Assembly: GCA_000388065.2 (NCBI GenBank)
Contig: KB932202.1
Length of the DNA: 58,257 nt
Source: Fonticula alba ATCC 38817
Taxonomy: Eukaryota; Protista; Nucleariida
Strand: one strand, 5' to 3'
The translations under genes and the position numbers were made by a program. Below the pieces are notes generated by a model. It saw only the letters and a program-made list of their open reading frames with translations. It did not search any database and was not told the DNA's origin. Positions 1 to 12,400 of the stretch are shown here, one piece after another. Positions within the stretch are counted from its first letter, which is position 1. The number at the start of each line of letters is the position of its first letter.

Positions 1-403
1 GGGCATTGAGGGCCCCCGCCCCGGCCGGAGACTCTACACCTCCGTCCTCCTGGCAATAATGGCGGGCTTGATGATGGTGAGGGTGGTGCTGGTACTGGGT
101 CGGAAGATGGAAGGACCCGCCTGCCTGATGGTGCGTGCCCGCGCCATGCTGAGATGGGTGGTAGGGGTGCCGGTGATGCGGCGAGGGGAGGTCCAGGCCG
201 CCGGACAGCCCCCCGGGCTTGGCGTCAAGGGGCCCATGGTGAGCCTGGACGCTGTTGCCGGGCGCAGCATCGCCATCGCCGCCATACGACGCGTGCGCGC
301 TCCGGCCGGCGCCCCCCATACCGCCCAGACCCCCCACCAGGGGGAAAGGCACATCGTGTTCCCCGGGCCCGCCGGGACCGAAATACTCCCCGCCAGGGGT
401 GTT

Positions 404-437
<34 letters not shown>

Positions 438-2256
438 AGGGCGTCGGCCGCTGGCGAGGGAGCCACAACCACCGTGGTGTCCGAGCCGGCGGCATACCCG
501 GCGCCACCATGTGAAGGGGAGTCCTCGCCGCCGGGTCCCGGCAAGGTCCCGGGGCCGTCATACGGCTGGTCCAGCCTGGCCAAGCCGGCTGGCACCAGGC
601 CGCCGAAGTGACTGGGCGTGGCTTTGAGCGGCGCAAAGGGCCCATCCGATGTGCCCCCTTTGGTTGGAGGGGCTGCCGCAGCCATGCCGAAGGACATGGG
701 AGAGGCTCCCCCCCGGTCGCGCGGCGATGCATCGGCCAAAGGCAGCCCGGCTGCAGGCTGCGCGACTGCAAGGCAGCCGGCCTCCTGCCCGGGCCCCGCG
801 GAGCATTCACTGACGCCATGGGGGTGGTAGTGGCGCGGGGATTGTACCTGCTGCTGCTGCTGCTCCTGCTGTTGCTGCCGGGCAAGCGGGCCGGCGCCAT
901 TGGTCGGGTGTTCGTGATGCAGTTGGGGTGGCTGGGGCGAGTAATGATGACGGTGATACTGTGGGTGATGGTGGTGCTGGTGGCGGTGGTGGTGGTGGTG
1001 GTGGTGGTGGTGGCCCGGCGGGTGCGATGGGTGGTGGTGCGAAGGCCCCGCCAATGGCTGCTGCTGGGGCCGCGGCGAGGAGGACGTCGAGGATGCAGCC
1101 GAGGAGGGGGCCGTCAGGGCGATGGCCAAGCCGCCGGTGCCACCGATGCGCATGGGCCCGCCGCCAAAGTGCGACACGGGCGAGTGATCGCCCTCCGCGT
1201 GGCCGCCACCGCCGGCTACAGGTTCCACAGTACCTGGCTGTGGCTGTGGCTGCGCCTCATCGGAAAGGCCGCCGGCCCGGGGATGCACGCGTGACACCGG
1301 GCCGCCAGCAGCGGCCCCATGCCCCAGGGGCAGGTAGTCGCTTGGTGGCGGGGTCGGTCTTGGTGGCAGCATGTGCTCATCGCCTCTTGACGCCTGGTGA
1401 TGGGGGGGGCTCCGGTGGTGGCGTGCCAGCGGTGCGCCACCCGGCCCGGCCTGGCCACCGGTGCGGGGGACCGTCGCCGACAGATGTGACAGCTGCTCAG
1501 GGGCCGGCCTTTTGCCCGGATTGCTGAGGGGAGTGGGGACGGGGAGGTGGGGAATGGAGATGTGGCAGGACGTGGTGGTGGTGGTGGTGGAGGAGGAGAA
1601 GGAGGAGGAGGAGGGAGAGGGGGAGGGGGAGGAGGCGACTGACCCCAGGCGCATGCTGCTCATCCCGCTGCCAGCAGGGAAAACAGCCTTCTGAAAAGCC
1701 TCGGCGTTCGGGGGCTCCCTTTCCGAGGAGGAGGAGGAGGAGGAGGAGGAGGGAGGAGCCAGCCCGGCGCTGGTCAGCACTTGCCCCGGCGCGTGCGAAT
1801 CCCCAAGCGGCAGCCCGGCCGCCGAGGCCACCGGCGAGGCGGGCGACCGGCCATCACCCGGGACAGGAGGCACCGCATGGCCTGGCCCGGTGTCGCTCGG
1901 TCCCCCGGGCCGGGGGACGGCCAGGTCGGCGATGGCCGAGGCCGCCGCCGATGGCACCGCCGGCGCCCGGTCACCAGTGCCTGCCGCCGCCATCGACCGA
2001 TTGATTTGCCCCTGGTCGATGAACGGGGCCTGCTGAAAACCCTTCTTCGCCGAAAGTTACGGCGGGCCGGAGGGAGGGGCAAGGGCCATGCCGCCGACGA
2101 GGGACGAGTCGTCAGCGCGAGGCGGGGAGGCAAGGAGCGGCCAAACCATGCGCACCTCCGCGGTGGGCTGCTGCTGCTGCTGCTGTGGCTGTTGCTGTTG
2201 CTGTTGCGACGGCGGCGGCGGCGGCGGTGGCTGAGACTGCGACTGCGGTTGCGATG

Positions 2257-2312
<56 letters not shown>

Positions 2313-5050
2313 GATGGCGGCAGCGGGGCTTGCCCCTGTGGAGCATGGCCGCTCGCCGAGGGATTGCTCCAGTCGGTCAGGGCGGCGCCTTGGAGGCCGC
2401 CGACGCCAGGACCCCCGGCCCCGATGCCCAGCTGTCCATCCGAGTGGTGGCGGGTAAGGTGCCCAGGCAGGTGGTCGGCGGAGGATTGCGACGGGACCGC
2501 CAGCCCGGCCACTGCCAAGTCCCCGGCTGACAGGTCGCCCGCGGGCAGCAGCTGGCCGGCCTGCTGCTGGGTCAGCACCGACAGCGAGGGGCTCATGGCC
2601 GAGGAAAGCTGCTGTGCCAGCTGCTGGCTCGGGTTGGCGCCGGCCACGCTTGGCCCATCGAAGTCGAAGGCAGGCCCGGAGGGGTCGACAAACCGGTGGC
2701 CGGTGGCCGTGACGCCCATGGCCGTGCGCAGGCCTGCCGCATGCTCGGCGAAGTTGTAGAACCCCTGCGGCAAGTTCTGATAGGACGCGGCGTCCTGCGC
2801 GGGAGTTGACCGCCGGACTCCAGGCGGTATGGCCGACATGCCGGCCACCACCGGCGTTGTCCCCCCGGCCGGGCCGCCTCCCCCCGGGATCTGGGGGAAG
2901 TAGCTGTGGAGCTGTGGTGGCTGTTGCTGCTGCTGCTGCTGTTGTTGTGGCGTGCTGACGTGGTGGTGGGCCTGGGGATAGGCCCCGGCGGCGGCCTCCG
3001 GCGCCGGGGGCACCGACATGGTCCCGGGACCGGCTGACGAGTCAAAATCATGGACCAGGCCACCACCCCCCGAGATTGGTTGAGAGGCGGCTCGGAAACG
3101 GTCGACCGGCTGGGACCCGGCGGGGGCGGCCGCGCCGGGGGCCGACAAGTGCGCATGCTGGTGCGCCGCTTGGGCTTGGAGAAATTGCGCCGAAGACTGG
3201 CCAAGGGGCGTGCCGGCGACATAGAGCCCGGTACCGGGGCGCATCCCATGCGGCTGCGAGTTGACCGTGACGCCGGCGGCGGCAGCCGCCGCCGCCGCCG
3301 CCGCCGCAGCCGCCATCATGTCCACATTCGCGACTGGTCCTCCGACGGCGGAGGCAGCCCCCCCGGCAGTGGCGGCGGTCGGCTGGAGCCCGACCGACGC
3401 TGCCAGAGATGCATCCTGCCGGTGGTTGGGATTGGAGGCGGCGGCCGCGGCGGCCGCGGCATTGGCGGCGGCCGCCGAAACGGCCGCCGCCGCGGCCATC
3501 GACCCGCCGCCGCTCCAGAAGGCAGGCGACAGACCGTGGAGGGCGGACGCCGCCCCGGGAGCCGCCACCCCAGAGCCCCCGGCACCGGGGTAGTTGAGGG
3601 GCAGCTGGCCGAGAGACAATTGGGCCGCCAGCGAGTGCGAGTGCGACAGGTAGGCCGGGTGGTTGGGCAAGTTCCGCGGGTCCTCGGTGGCCAGCAGGGT
3701 GGCGATGTCCCGGTGAAGCTGGGCCCGGTACAGGTCCAGCGAGTGCTTGGCATTGTTGAGGGCTTGGTCGATGATCTCCGTCAGGGACATGGACTTCTCG
3801 GCCATGGACGCCACGACCAACTCGCTGGCATCCAGGGCCGCGCGGTAGATGGTGGCTGCCAGGACGGCCGAGGTCATATGCCGGTCCGATGGCGGCCGCG
3901 GGTCATCGCTCAGGGAGGTGGTGATGCGTGCTTGGCGGAACTATGGGCGGCGATGGAGGGCGGCCGCGCGTCGGGGGGAGGGCGGGGGGGGGGGGGGGNN
4001 NNNNNNNNGGGGGGGGGGGGGGGGGGGTGTTTTCATTTTGTTTGTTTATAGTGCCGGGGTCAGTGGTGCCAGGTCAGGGCGAGGGGGCTGGGAGGTGATG
4101 CACGAAGCGCCGGGGACGGGGGGAAGTGCACCGATGATGGCGAGAGGGGAAGGACGGCGAAGAGGCATGCAGGCCGGGGGACGCACGTAGGCGGCATCTT
4201 CGTTGGTACGCAGCTCGTAATAGGGCCGGTACTTGTCTTGGCCGTGCTGATTGGCGAACTGCCGGTGTGCGGACATCTTGATCAGGTGGCCGAGGATGCT
4301 GTTAAAGTTCTCGCTCGTGTAGTGGGACATCCGGTCGAGGGAATTGTTGTAGATGATGACCGACACGCTGCAGTCACAGAGGACGCTCAGCTCCCAGGCC
4401 TTCTTCATGAGGCCGAACTTGCGCTTCTGGTAGGTGACCTGCTCGGGGCGCGAGGGACACAGGGCCGAGGGGGCATCGGGAGGGGGGGCATCGGGAGGCG
4501 GACACATATGGATCAGTAGCAAGGAACAGACACACGCAAGGGCACGGTGTCCTCGGCAGCCGAGGGCAGGGAGGGCGCCGGCACACCGGCACGTACATGA
4601 TTGCTTCGACGGTCGACGATGTACTCGATCTTGATCTTCTGGCGGCCCGCATTGCCGCCAGCACCGCCCCGGGTCCGGGGCCCATCCAGGGCATCCTCAT
4701 CATCGCGCCCGGGCGAGTCGTCGCGCGAGTCATCCTGCGAGTCGTCGGGCACGATGGCGGCCAGGGAGCTGCGGCGATCCTCGTGCCCGCCGCGACCAAC
4801 CCCGGCCTCGGGCGCTTGGGACTCCTGCTGCCAGGGAGCCACATTGGCATGGTAGTGTCGAGAAGGCGCGGGCGGCTGCTGGAAAGAGGCAAGGGGCTGC
4901 GGCTGCTGGTAGGCGGGATGCGGCTGTTGTGACTGCGGCTGCGGCTGCGGCTGCGGCTGCTGGTGGTAGTGGTGGTGGTGGTGGTGCTGCTGGTGCTGCG
5001 GGTGCTGTTGCTGGTGCTGCTGATGTTGAAGGGCGTGATGCTGCTGCTGC

Positions 5051-5101
<51 letters not shown>

Positions 5102-5196
5102 GAGGGGTGCCCCTGTGCGTGCACGTAGTGTGCATGGTGCTGGTGTGGCTGTGGGAGTGACTGTGAAGGTGATGGTGAAGATTTGACCCTCTTCAT
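1..5196 (-). CDS. MEF2: MADS-box transcription factor (MEF2-type core) with 200-aa N-terminal extension and very long low-complexity C-terminus; 3' end lies beyond window start; >1550 aa
   Basis: ATG at 5196 in gccaccATG context. Exons 5196-4597, 4438-4187, 3940-2156, 2032(or 2029)-<1, all phase 0, GT..AG. Splicing exon 1 to 2 gives GRQKIKIEYIVDRRSNH|VTYQKRKFGLMKKAWELSVLCDCSVSVIIYNNSLDRMSHYTS, matching the MEF2 signature KRKFGLMKKAxELSVLCDC. Last exon stays open to position 1. Confidence 0.9.
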
Positions 5197-5349
5197 GGTG
5201 GCGAGCTCGAGGGGACCGGCGAGGTGGAGCACCAGGTGGAGGAGGAAGAGCACGGAATACGATAGAAGGGCTGGGTGGCGGGCGGGCGGTCGAAGCCTCA
5301 GCAGGGGAGTGCGGGAGGGATGACGGCCGGCCACGAGGGCAACGTGCTT

Positions 5350-5384
5350 CTGAGATAGGCGGGAGAGAGAGAGAGAGAGAGAGA

Positions 5385-5440
<56 letters not shown>

Positions 5441-5711
5441 GGGAGGCCGCAGACGGGAGTTAAAGGAGGAGAGAGTGACCGGGGGAGGGTGGGGGGGAAG
5501 CAAGAGGGGCGGAGGAACGCAGGGAGGGGGGATGGATTAGAATGCATGGGGAGGGGTGGGGGCCATTGGAGCAAAAGGCGGCCGGAGAGCAGCAAGACAG
5601 GGATCTATTCCCCCCGGGGAGGGGGCGAGGAAAGGCGCAAGAGGATGGCCGGTGGCAAGAGCGGGTGGCCCGTGTGGACCGGAGCCGGGATCTGGTGACA
5701 ATAGGACGTAC
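5350..5711 (-). other. Probable 5'UTR intron of the MADS gene
   Basis: Donor GTACGT at 5711, sense-strand (CT)n tract (5364-5435) and acceptor ctcAG ending at 5350. Confidence 0.55.
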
Positions 5712-7881
5712 CCTCTTGTGGCCTTCGAGACGGGGAGACGGCGGGGGAGGGAGAGAGAGAGAGAGGGGGGGGGAGGGGAAGGCAGGCGGCGGCAGCGATG
5801 GCAGCCAGAAGGCGATCTAGCCCGGGACGAGGGAGTAGGAGGACGGTGCGGCTAGCTGCTGGCGAGGGAGCCAGGCGCGGGGGGCAGTGGAAAAGGCGAT
5901 GCCGCTCGGGGGGAAGGGGAGGGAGGGCGGGATCTTCGGATGTCCTCCAGCGATAGGGGGCAAGGGGTGTGCAGGGGGGCAGGGGGGCAGGGGGATCTGC
6001 GGGGGAGTGTGGGTGTGCGTGCGGGTGGATGTGCTCGATGCGCGAGTCGAGCAGGAGAGTGAGGAGAGTGGAGGAGGTCTGGGTGGGCGTGCGGGCGTGC
6101 GGGCGTGCGGGCGTGCGGGCGTGTGGGCGTGCGGGCGTGTGAGCGCGTGGGCGAGCAGGCGAGCAGGCGAGCAGGCGAGTGCCGAGGAGAGGTGCAAAGG
6201 TGGGAGGTGCTGGCGCGCGGTCCTCGGGGGAGGACCGGGGTGATGGGAGTGGGAGAAAAAGCACCCAATACAGAGGCCAAAGTGGCCCCTGAGCAGGACG
6301 ATGGCAGCCATGCCTGGGGGAGGGGGCAGGGGGAGGGGGGGAGGGGGGCGGCCAGGGGGGGAAGGGGATACTCCCGCGCCGGCCCCCGCGCGCCCCTGCT
6401 CGCTCTCTCCTGCGGCCCCCGGCGGTGGGCGGGGACCGGCGCGCCGGGGCTCCTGCCCCCTCCCCTGGGTTGTGGGTGGACCAGGGTCGGCCTTCACAGG
6501 GCTGATCTTGCCCCAACCGTGCGGCGACGATTCATATGTGTGCATGTGTGCATGTGTGTGTGTGGCGTCCGGTACTTGCGATGGTGTTGTTGTTGTTGCT
6601 GCGGGCGTGCGGGTGTGGCCCGCGGCGCATGCGCGCATGCGTACGGGCAGGCGCTCGCGTGTGCCGGGAGAGATGCTCGAACGCGCTTGGGCAGACTGTG
6701 GGAGCGCCCGGGAGCCGGTGGCCAGCGCATGCGCGCGCGTGCGCGCCTTCGCCCGGTCCTCCCCTCGGCTCGGCCTTGTCCGGCGCTCGAGGGGCGCGGC
6801 TGCCGGTGGAAGCGACTACGGCGGTTTGTTTCAGGATGCTTGTGCTCTTGGCCTGTGACTGGGAGCACGGCCGCTCCGGCGGGGGACTTACGCCATTGGG
6901 CCGCGCCGCGCCGCGCGCTTCGGTGTGTGTGGTCAAGGACGCCGAAGGCGGCCAAGGGGGGACGGGGAGGAGGAGGGCGGGGGCCAGAGGAATGGGCAGA
7001 AGCCCCACGGCGCTGGGACGCCCCGCGCCTGGCCGAAAGGGGCACGCTGGAGGAGGCGGGCTGGGGGGGAGGGNNNNNNNNNNNNNNNNNNNNNNNNNNN
7101 NNNNNNNNNNNNNNNNNNNNNNNNNNNNNNNNNNNNNNNNNNNNNNNNNNNNNNNNNNNNNNNNNNNNCGCCAGTATCTTCTGCCCTGGCAAGACGCCGG
7201 GAATGGGAGCTTGTCGGGAGGCCAGCCGGCTGGCTGGCCAGGGCAGGGGGGGCGCGCTCGCCCCCACATCGGGCGTGCGGTCGCCGATGCATGCGAGCGT
7301 GAGAGCGCTCGAGCGTGTACGTACGCCGATGCATATGTATGTGCAACAGGTACATGGAGGCAACAGGCGATGGGGGGGGGGGTGCGCCCCAGCCGGCCGG
7401 CTCCCGAGGACCTGGGCCCGGGGCCCGGGAAGGCGGAGGGGGCGATGAGGAAGAGGCGTGGGGGGGGGGGGGGGGGGGGGCCGGCCGGGGTCGCTTCCAT
7501 GCCCGGACTCAGGTGAGCCCCTGCGGCGCCCGGCTTGGGGCTGAATGGGCGCCCGCCGGCCGGGGTCACACACCGTCCTACGGCCATGCTCCGAGTGGGT
7601 GCCCTCTCCGGGAGTGCATGGGGGTGGTGTGCGCGCGAGGGCCGGCCGGTGGGCCCCCGGAACGCGCCGGCCCGGGAAGGCGGGGCCGGGGCCGGCCGAG
7701 TGGGCGTGGCCCCTGGCCCGGAACCTCGGATGACCGAGCCCGGGCATGCAAGGGGACATTATTTCCGTCTGCCCGTGTGCGCTGGCCCGGGGAGGGACTT
7801 CGGTGGTGGTGGTGGTGGTGGTGGTGGTGGTGGTGGCGGGGGCGGCGCGGGGGCGGCGGTGGTGAAACGCCCGGGCCCGTG

Positions 7882-7891
7882 CCAATAATGG
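7882..7891. promoter_or_regulatory. Canonical CArG box CCAATAATGG
   Basis: Exact CC(A/T)6GG match about 2.7 kb upstream of the MADS ATG; function not shown. Confidence 0.3.
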
Positions 7892-9058
7892 CGGGGCTGA
7901 CCGTTGCGCCGCCAGGCATGCGAGGCGGTGTGCGCGCGGCGGTCACCCTGGCTTAGGCCTGCCCTTGGCATGCGCGATCCGACGCGCAGCGTGGGGGCAG
8001 GCCCGGGCCTCTGGCGTGGGTCTCAAGCGCGACGGATCAGGGGGCGGGGATGCTGGCCGGGTGGGTAGGGGGGGGGGGGGGGAGATCGCGCGTGCGTCCG
8101 CACGCGGGCGGGCGTCGGTCTCAGACCCGGCATATCTGAGAGCTGCCGAAAGCGGCCGCCCGCCTCGGGCTCCTGGACAATCTGGTAACGGTTGCCCGGG
8201 TGCAGAGCGCCAGGCCGGCGAGGCCGGCTGCCGGTCCGCCCCCCTCCCCCCCCCCCCCTCCCGCCCCCCACGGTGGGCGCGCCGGCCCTGCTCCCGCCGC
8301 CCTTTCCCGGCCCGGTGTGCAGGCGGGGGCCGGCCGGCCGGCACGAGGGCAAGCACGCGAGGCACGGCTCCGCGGCGCCCTCCATGCCGGCTTCCCGGGC
8401 GGCTGGCCGCGCGCTGGAGGGCCCGGGGCCGGGGCCCGCGCGGCCCAACCCCGTCACCGGCGAAGATGGGAGCGTGAATGTCCATGGGCCAAATGTGCCC
8501 CGGGCCGAGCGGGGGGGGAGGGGGGGCGGGCGGCAGAGGGCGGGACTGTGCCAGCATGGGTGGGGCTGCCGGCGGCAGGGGAAACGAATCCGGCCACGGG
8601 CGGACGCATCTGTCAGCGTCTAGTGGCGCTGGCACGGGTCGAGATCCTGGCGAGTTGGCCCGCCACCGGCGAGCCGGCCGGCGCGGCCGGCGGGCAGACG
8701 CCCAGTCGGCGCAGTCTCAGAGAGTGGGAAACCCCGGCGGGTACCAGGGGCGGGGCGGAGGCCGGGAACGGGGGGCTGGCACGGCCGGGCGGCCGGGCGG
8801 CCGGGCGGCCGGGCGCCAGGGGGAGTGGGCCTGTTGACAAGAGAGCCCCCCTCGTCAGAGGGCGCCCCGCCGAAAGGGGCCAGACGCGCCGGCTGATATC
8901 GAGCCCGGCCGAGGACGTATGTGGGACACATGCGGCGGGCGGGCGGCCAGGCGGACGGGCGGGCTTGCTTGGGCCGGCGGGCCGCCCCGATGGCCGGCGG
9001 GGCGGCACAATGGGAAAAGATGCGCCCGCAGGATGGCCGACGCCCCGTCCTCATCGGC

Positions 9059-9078
9059 ATATCCATTTAAATGGATAT
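9059..9078. promoter_or_regulatory. 20-bp perfect AT-rich palindrome containing CC(A/T)8GG
   Basis: ATATCCATTTAAATGGATAT is its own reverse complement and sits in otherwise very GC-rich DNA. Confidence 0.35.
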
Positions 9079-9411
9079 ATTAAATGCCGGTAAGTATGGA
9101 CGAGAGCCGTGCCGATTGTGCCGCGCCCCTGTGCTCTTCTTGTGCGCGCCTCCGCCCCCTTCCCCGGCTCACCCCTGGGGGGGAGACACATCCATGTGAG
9201 ACGGGACGACCCGCGGGCGGGGCCGGGGGGGGGGGGGAGGAGAGAACGAGAGGGACAGAGCGAGAGGGACAGAGGGAGCATCAGATCTCACGATCATTTG
9301 CGGCGCACGAGAGGCCGCAGGGGCGGTGCGCGTGCGGGGGGCTGCGCGCGCGCACCGGGCCGGCGACGCCCCGGCGCCGGCCTCCCTCGCCCCCCGGCCG
9401 CGGGGCAGCCA

Positions 9412-9443
<32 letters not shown>

Positions 9444-12400
9444 TAAGGGCCACGCCTCGGGCCTGGGGCACCCCGCGTGTTCCGGCGTTCCCTTCAGGGG
9501 CACTCTCCCGGGCTCCCCCTGCTCCGGGGGCCGGGCGCATCCACGCGAGAGGGGTGGGAGGCGGGGGCCGGGGATACTAGAGTCTTGAAGGGCCCTCGGC
9601 TCGCGCGGGTGGGCGGGGCCGGGCGGCATCGCGCGCCCAACGTGCCCCCCTCCCTGGCACTCATTAGCCGGAGTTGGTGGTACTCCAGGCTGCGCCCGGG
9701 CGGAGGGGTGCGTGTGTCCGTGTGTGTGTGTGTGTATACGTGCGGGCGAGCGTGTGGACGTGCGCGGGCGCGCCCCCAAACCAGGGCATGGCCCGGCCGA
9801 CCTTATGCGCGACACGACGAGGGCCTCCCGGGGAGCAGGGGGCGGAGGGCCGCGCCCGCGGCCGCCACTCGCGCTTGCGCCCGGGCCCTTCACACATGCG
9901 CGTGCGCACCACCTGCACGACGGGGGGTGTCTTGAGGGCCGCGGGCCCTGTCATGCGTGTGTGTGTGTGTGTGTGTGCGCCGACGGCCGAACGCCGCGCC
10001 GGATCCGGGCGCGACCGGGCGCTTCCCCCTGTTTGCTTTTATTGCGCGGCGTCCGGCGCCCCGGGCAGCCCGGCGTGCATGCCGATGCCAGGGGACCGTC
10101 CGCAGGCGCCATGTTACGTAGCCCCGATCCAGGCCCTCTTGGCCTCGCGTGTGCCGCCGCCGGGAGGGCCCCGGGGACAGGGGGCTGCCAGGATCCGAGG
10201 CCGGGCCGTAGCTTACGGCATCATGCCGGCGCCACTTGCCCCCCCGAGGCCGGGTGAACTGGCCGGGCGGGGGGCCGCCGGTGGTGCTTCCGGGAGTTCA
10301 CGCTGTGGGCCGACACAATCCCCGGCGCCCGGGGCACCGGGTACCGGGTCTCGGCTCTCCGAGGCACATTCCTCACCGGCTGACGCCCCCGTCTTGGTGT
10401 CGTCCCCGCCCCGTTCCCGCCCCTTCCCCCGGGGCCCCCGGGGGCGGGGGGAAGGGGGGGATCTCGGCTGCGGCATTCCCCAGCCCGGGGCGCCGGGCTC
10501 GCCGGTGGGCAGGCGAGAACGACGACGGGGCCGGGCGCCTGGCCCCTCATCGGGCAGGTGGGCCACCCGCGCCGGAGGGCCCCAGAGCGCGAGGGAGAGG
10601 AGGACGCCAGCGGGGCAACGCCGGAGCACCAACGAGAGGAAGAGGGACCGGCCGCCAATCGGGCCAGAGGGGGGCATCCGATCGTGCGGGCATTCGTTGC
10701 CACGTAAATGCGGCGGCCGCCGCGCGGGGCCAGCTGCCGCCGGGGTCTCGCGGGCCGTTCAGCGGAGAGGGCCCGACGTCGCGCCCCCCGTACGAAAGCC
10801 CGCTGGCCACAGGAGACCGAGGGCCGACCGGCGGGGGATGCACAGCGCTACGCCCACGCCCCACGCCCCACGCCCCACGCCCACAACACATACACCCGCA
10901 CGGGCCTCTCCCAATGATGACCCCGGGCGGCCGGGAGACCCCTTGCGCGCGCGCGCGCGCGCGCGCGCACACGTAGCACCCCCGGCGCGGCGGCAGCAAA
11001 AACAACAACAACAACAAAAACAACCGCGAGAATCCCGGCGGCCGCGGCCGCAGCCGGCCGGCGCTGGGAACGAGAACTACCCCTTAGTCCAGGGCCGGAG
11101 TGGGCCTATATTGCGAGACACATAGCTCATCATAGCGGGCGACGGCTGGGGGCGGCCCCCTGGGGGCCGACGCCCCGCGGGGCCGGCAAAAAACGGCCAC
11201 CGCGGCGCCGACAACGGCGGGCGCGGAAACTACCAACCTCCACGGCCCTGCCCCAGACACACAGCGGCGGCGGCGGCGCCGGCGGCGGCGCCGGTGCAGC
11301 GGCACGCCTGGAGGACCACAACCGGGCGGCGAGGGCGCCAGGCCCGGCGGGGGCGGAACAACCGACGGCGAGGGATGAAACCCGCCGGGCGCCCGTGCCC
11401 GGGGAGTTTCTTCGGGCCGCGCGCACCGCATCTCGCGCCATGAGCCGTGTCCGGAGTGGGGGCGGGGGGCGGGGGGCGGCGTCGACACCCGGGCCGGCCC
11501 TCCGCCCGGGCCCGGGCCGGCCCCGCGTATGACGATCCGAGCGGGGCGCCCCGCTCCGGCCGGCGTCCAATGTCGGATGCGGCACGGGGGCGGGAGCCGG
11601 CCCGATCACCATCGCGCGCGCCCTTCTCCAGGGGGGAGGGGGCGTCTTGGCAGCCTCTTGCGCGCCCTTGCGCCGGGTTTGCCGGACATGGTCGGGAGCG
11701 GGCGTTCGCGCGAACGGGCGAGCTGGTGCCGCCCCTGTCGCGCGGGCCCCGGGCGCCGCCCGGCCGCGCGAGGCCACCGCGTGTTGGGAGGGGCGCCTGC
11801 GTCCCGCCTCCCCGGCGCGGGTGGCTCCCCCCCCCCCCCGGCCCCGGGCCCCAGGCCTCTCTGCCCTGGGGGGCACTCGCGCCCGGCTCCCGCCCATCGC
11901 GGGAGGGTAACTGGCGGGGAAAGGCAGCCCCCGCCCCCGCCCCCGCCCCCGGTGGGGCGGAGGGCATCGGGTCCCCGCGCCCCCGGGAGCCCGCCCGGCG
12001 GGCCTAATAGCAGCGGCTCATTCCCGGGCCGCGGCGGCCCGGGAGGCCCCTGATGAGCCGGCGGCATGGGCGCGGCGCCCCCTGAGACCGGGGGGCGGAG
12101 TAGGGGCTTGTCCGCCTCTCCTCGGGAGCGCCGCCGGGCACACGGCCGGCACGCACCGCTTGTCATGCATGCATCCCCGTGCGGGTTGCCGCAGGTGGAA
12201 ATGCGCGGCGTCCCTCGCGCGCCCCCTCGCCCTCCGAGGCACCGTCCCTTGGACCGGGATAGCTGCACACCGGCCCGGGGCCCCATGAGAGGTGTCAGCC
12301 TCTCTTCTGGACTTCACACTCGGGGGGGGGGGGAGGGGGGGGCGGCCGGCCAGCCAGGCGGCGGCCGGCCATGGGCATGCCCGCCCCTTTCGGAAGCCCC

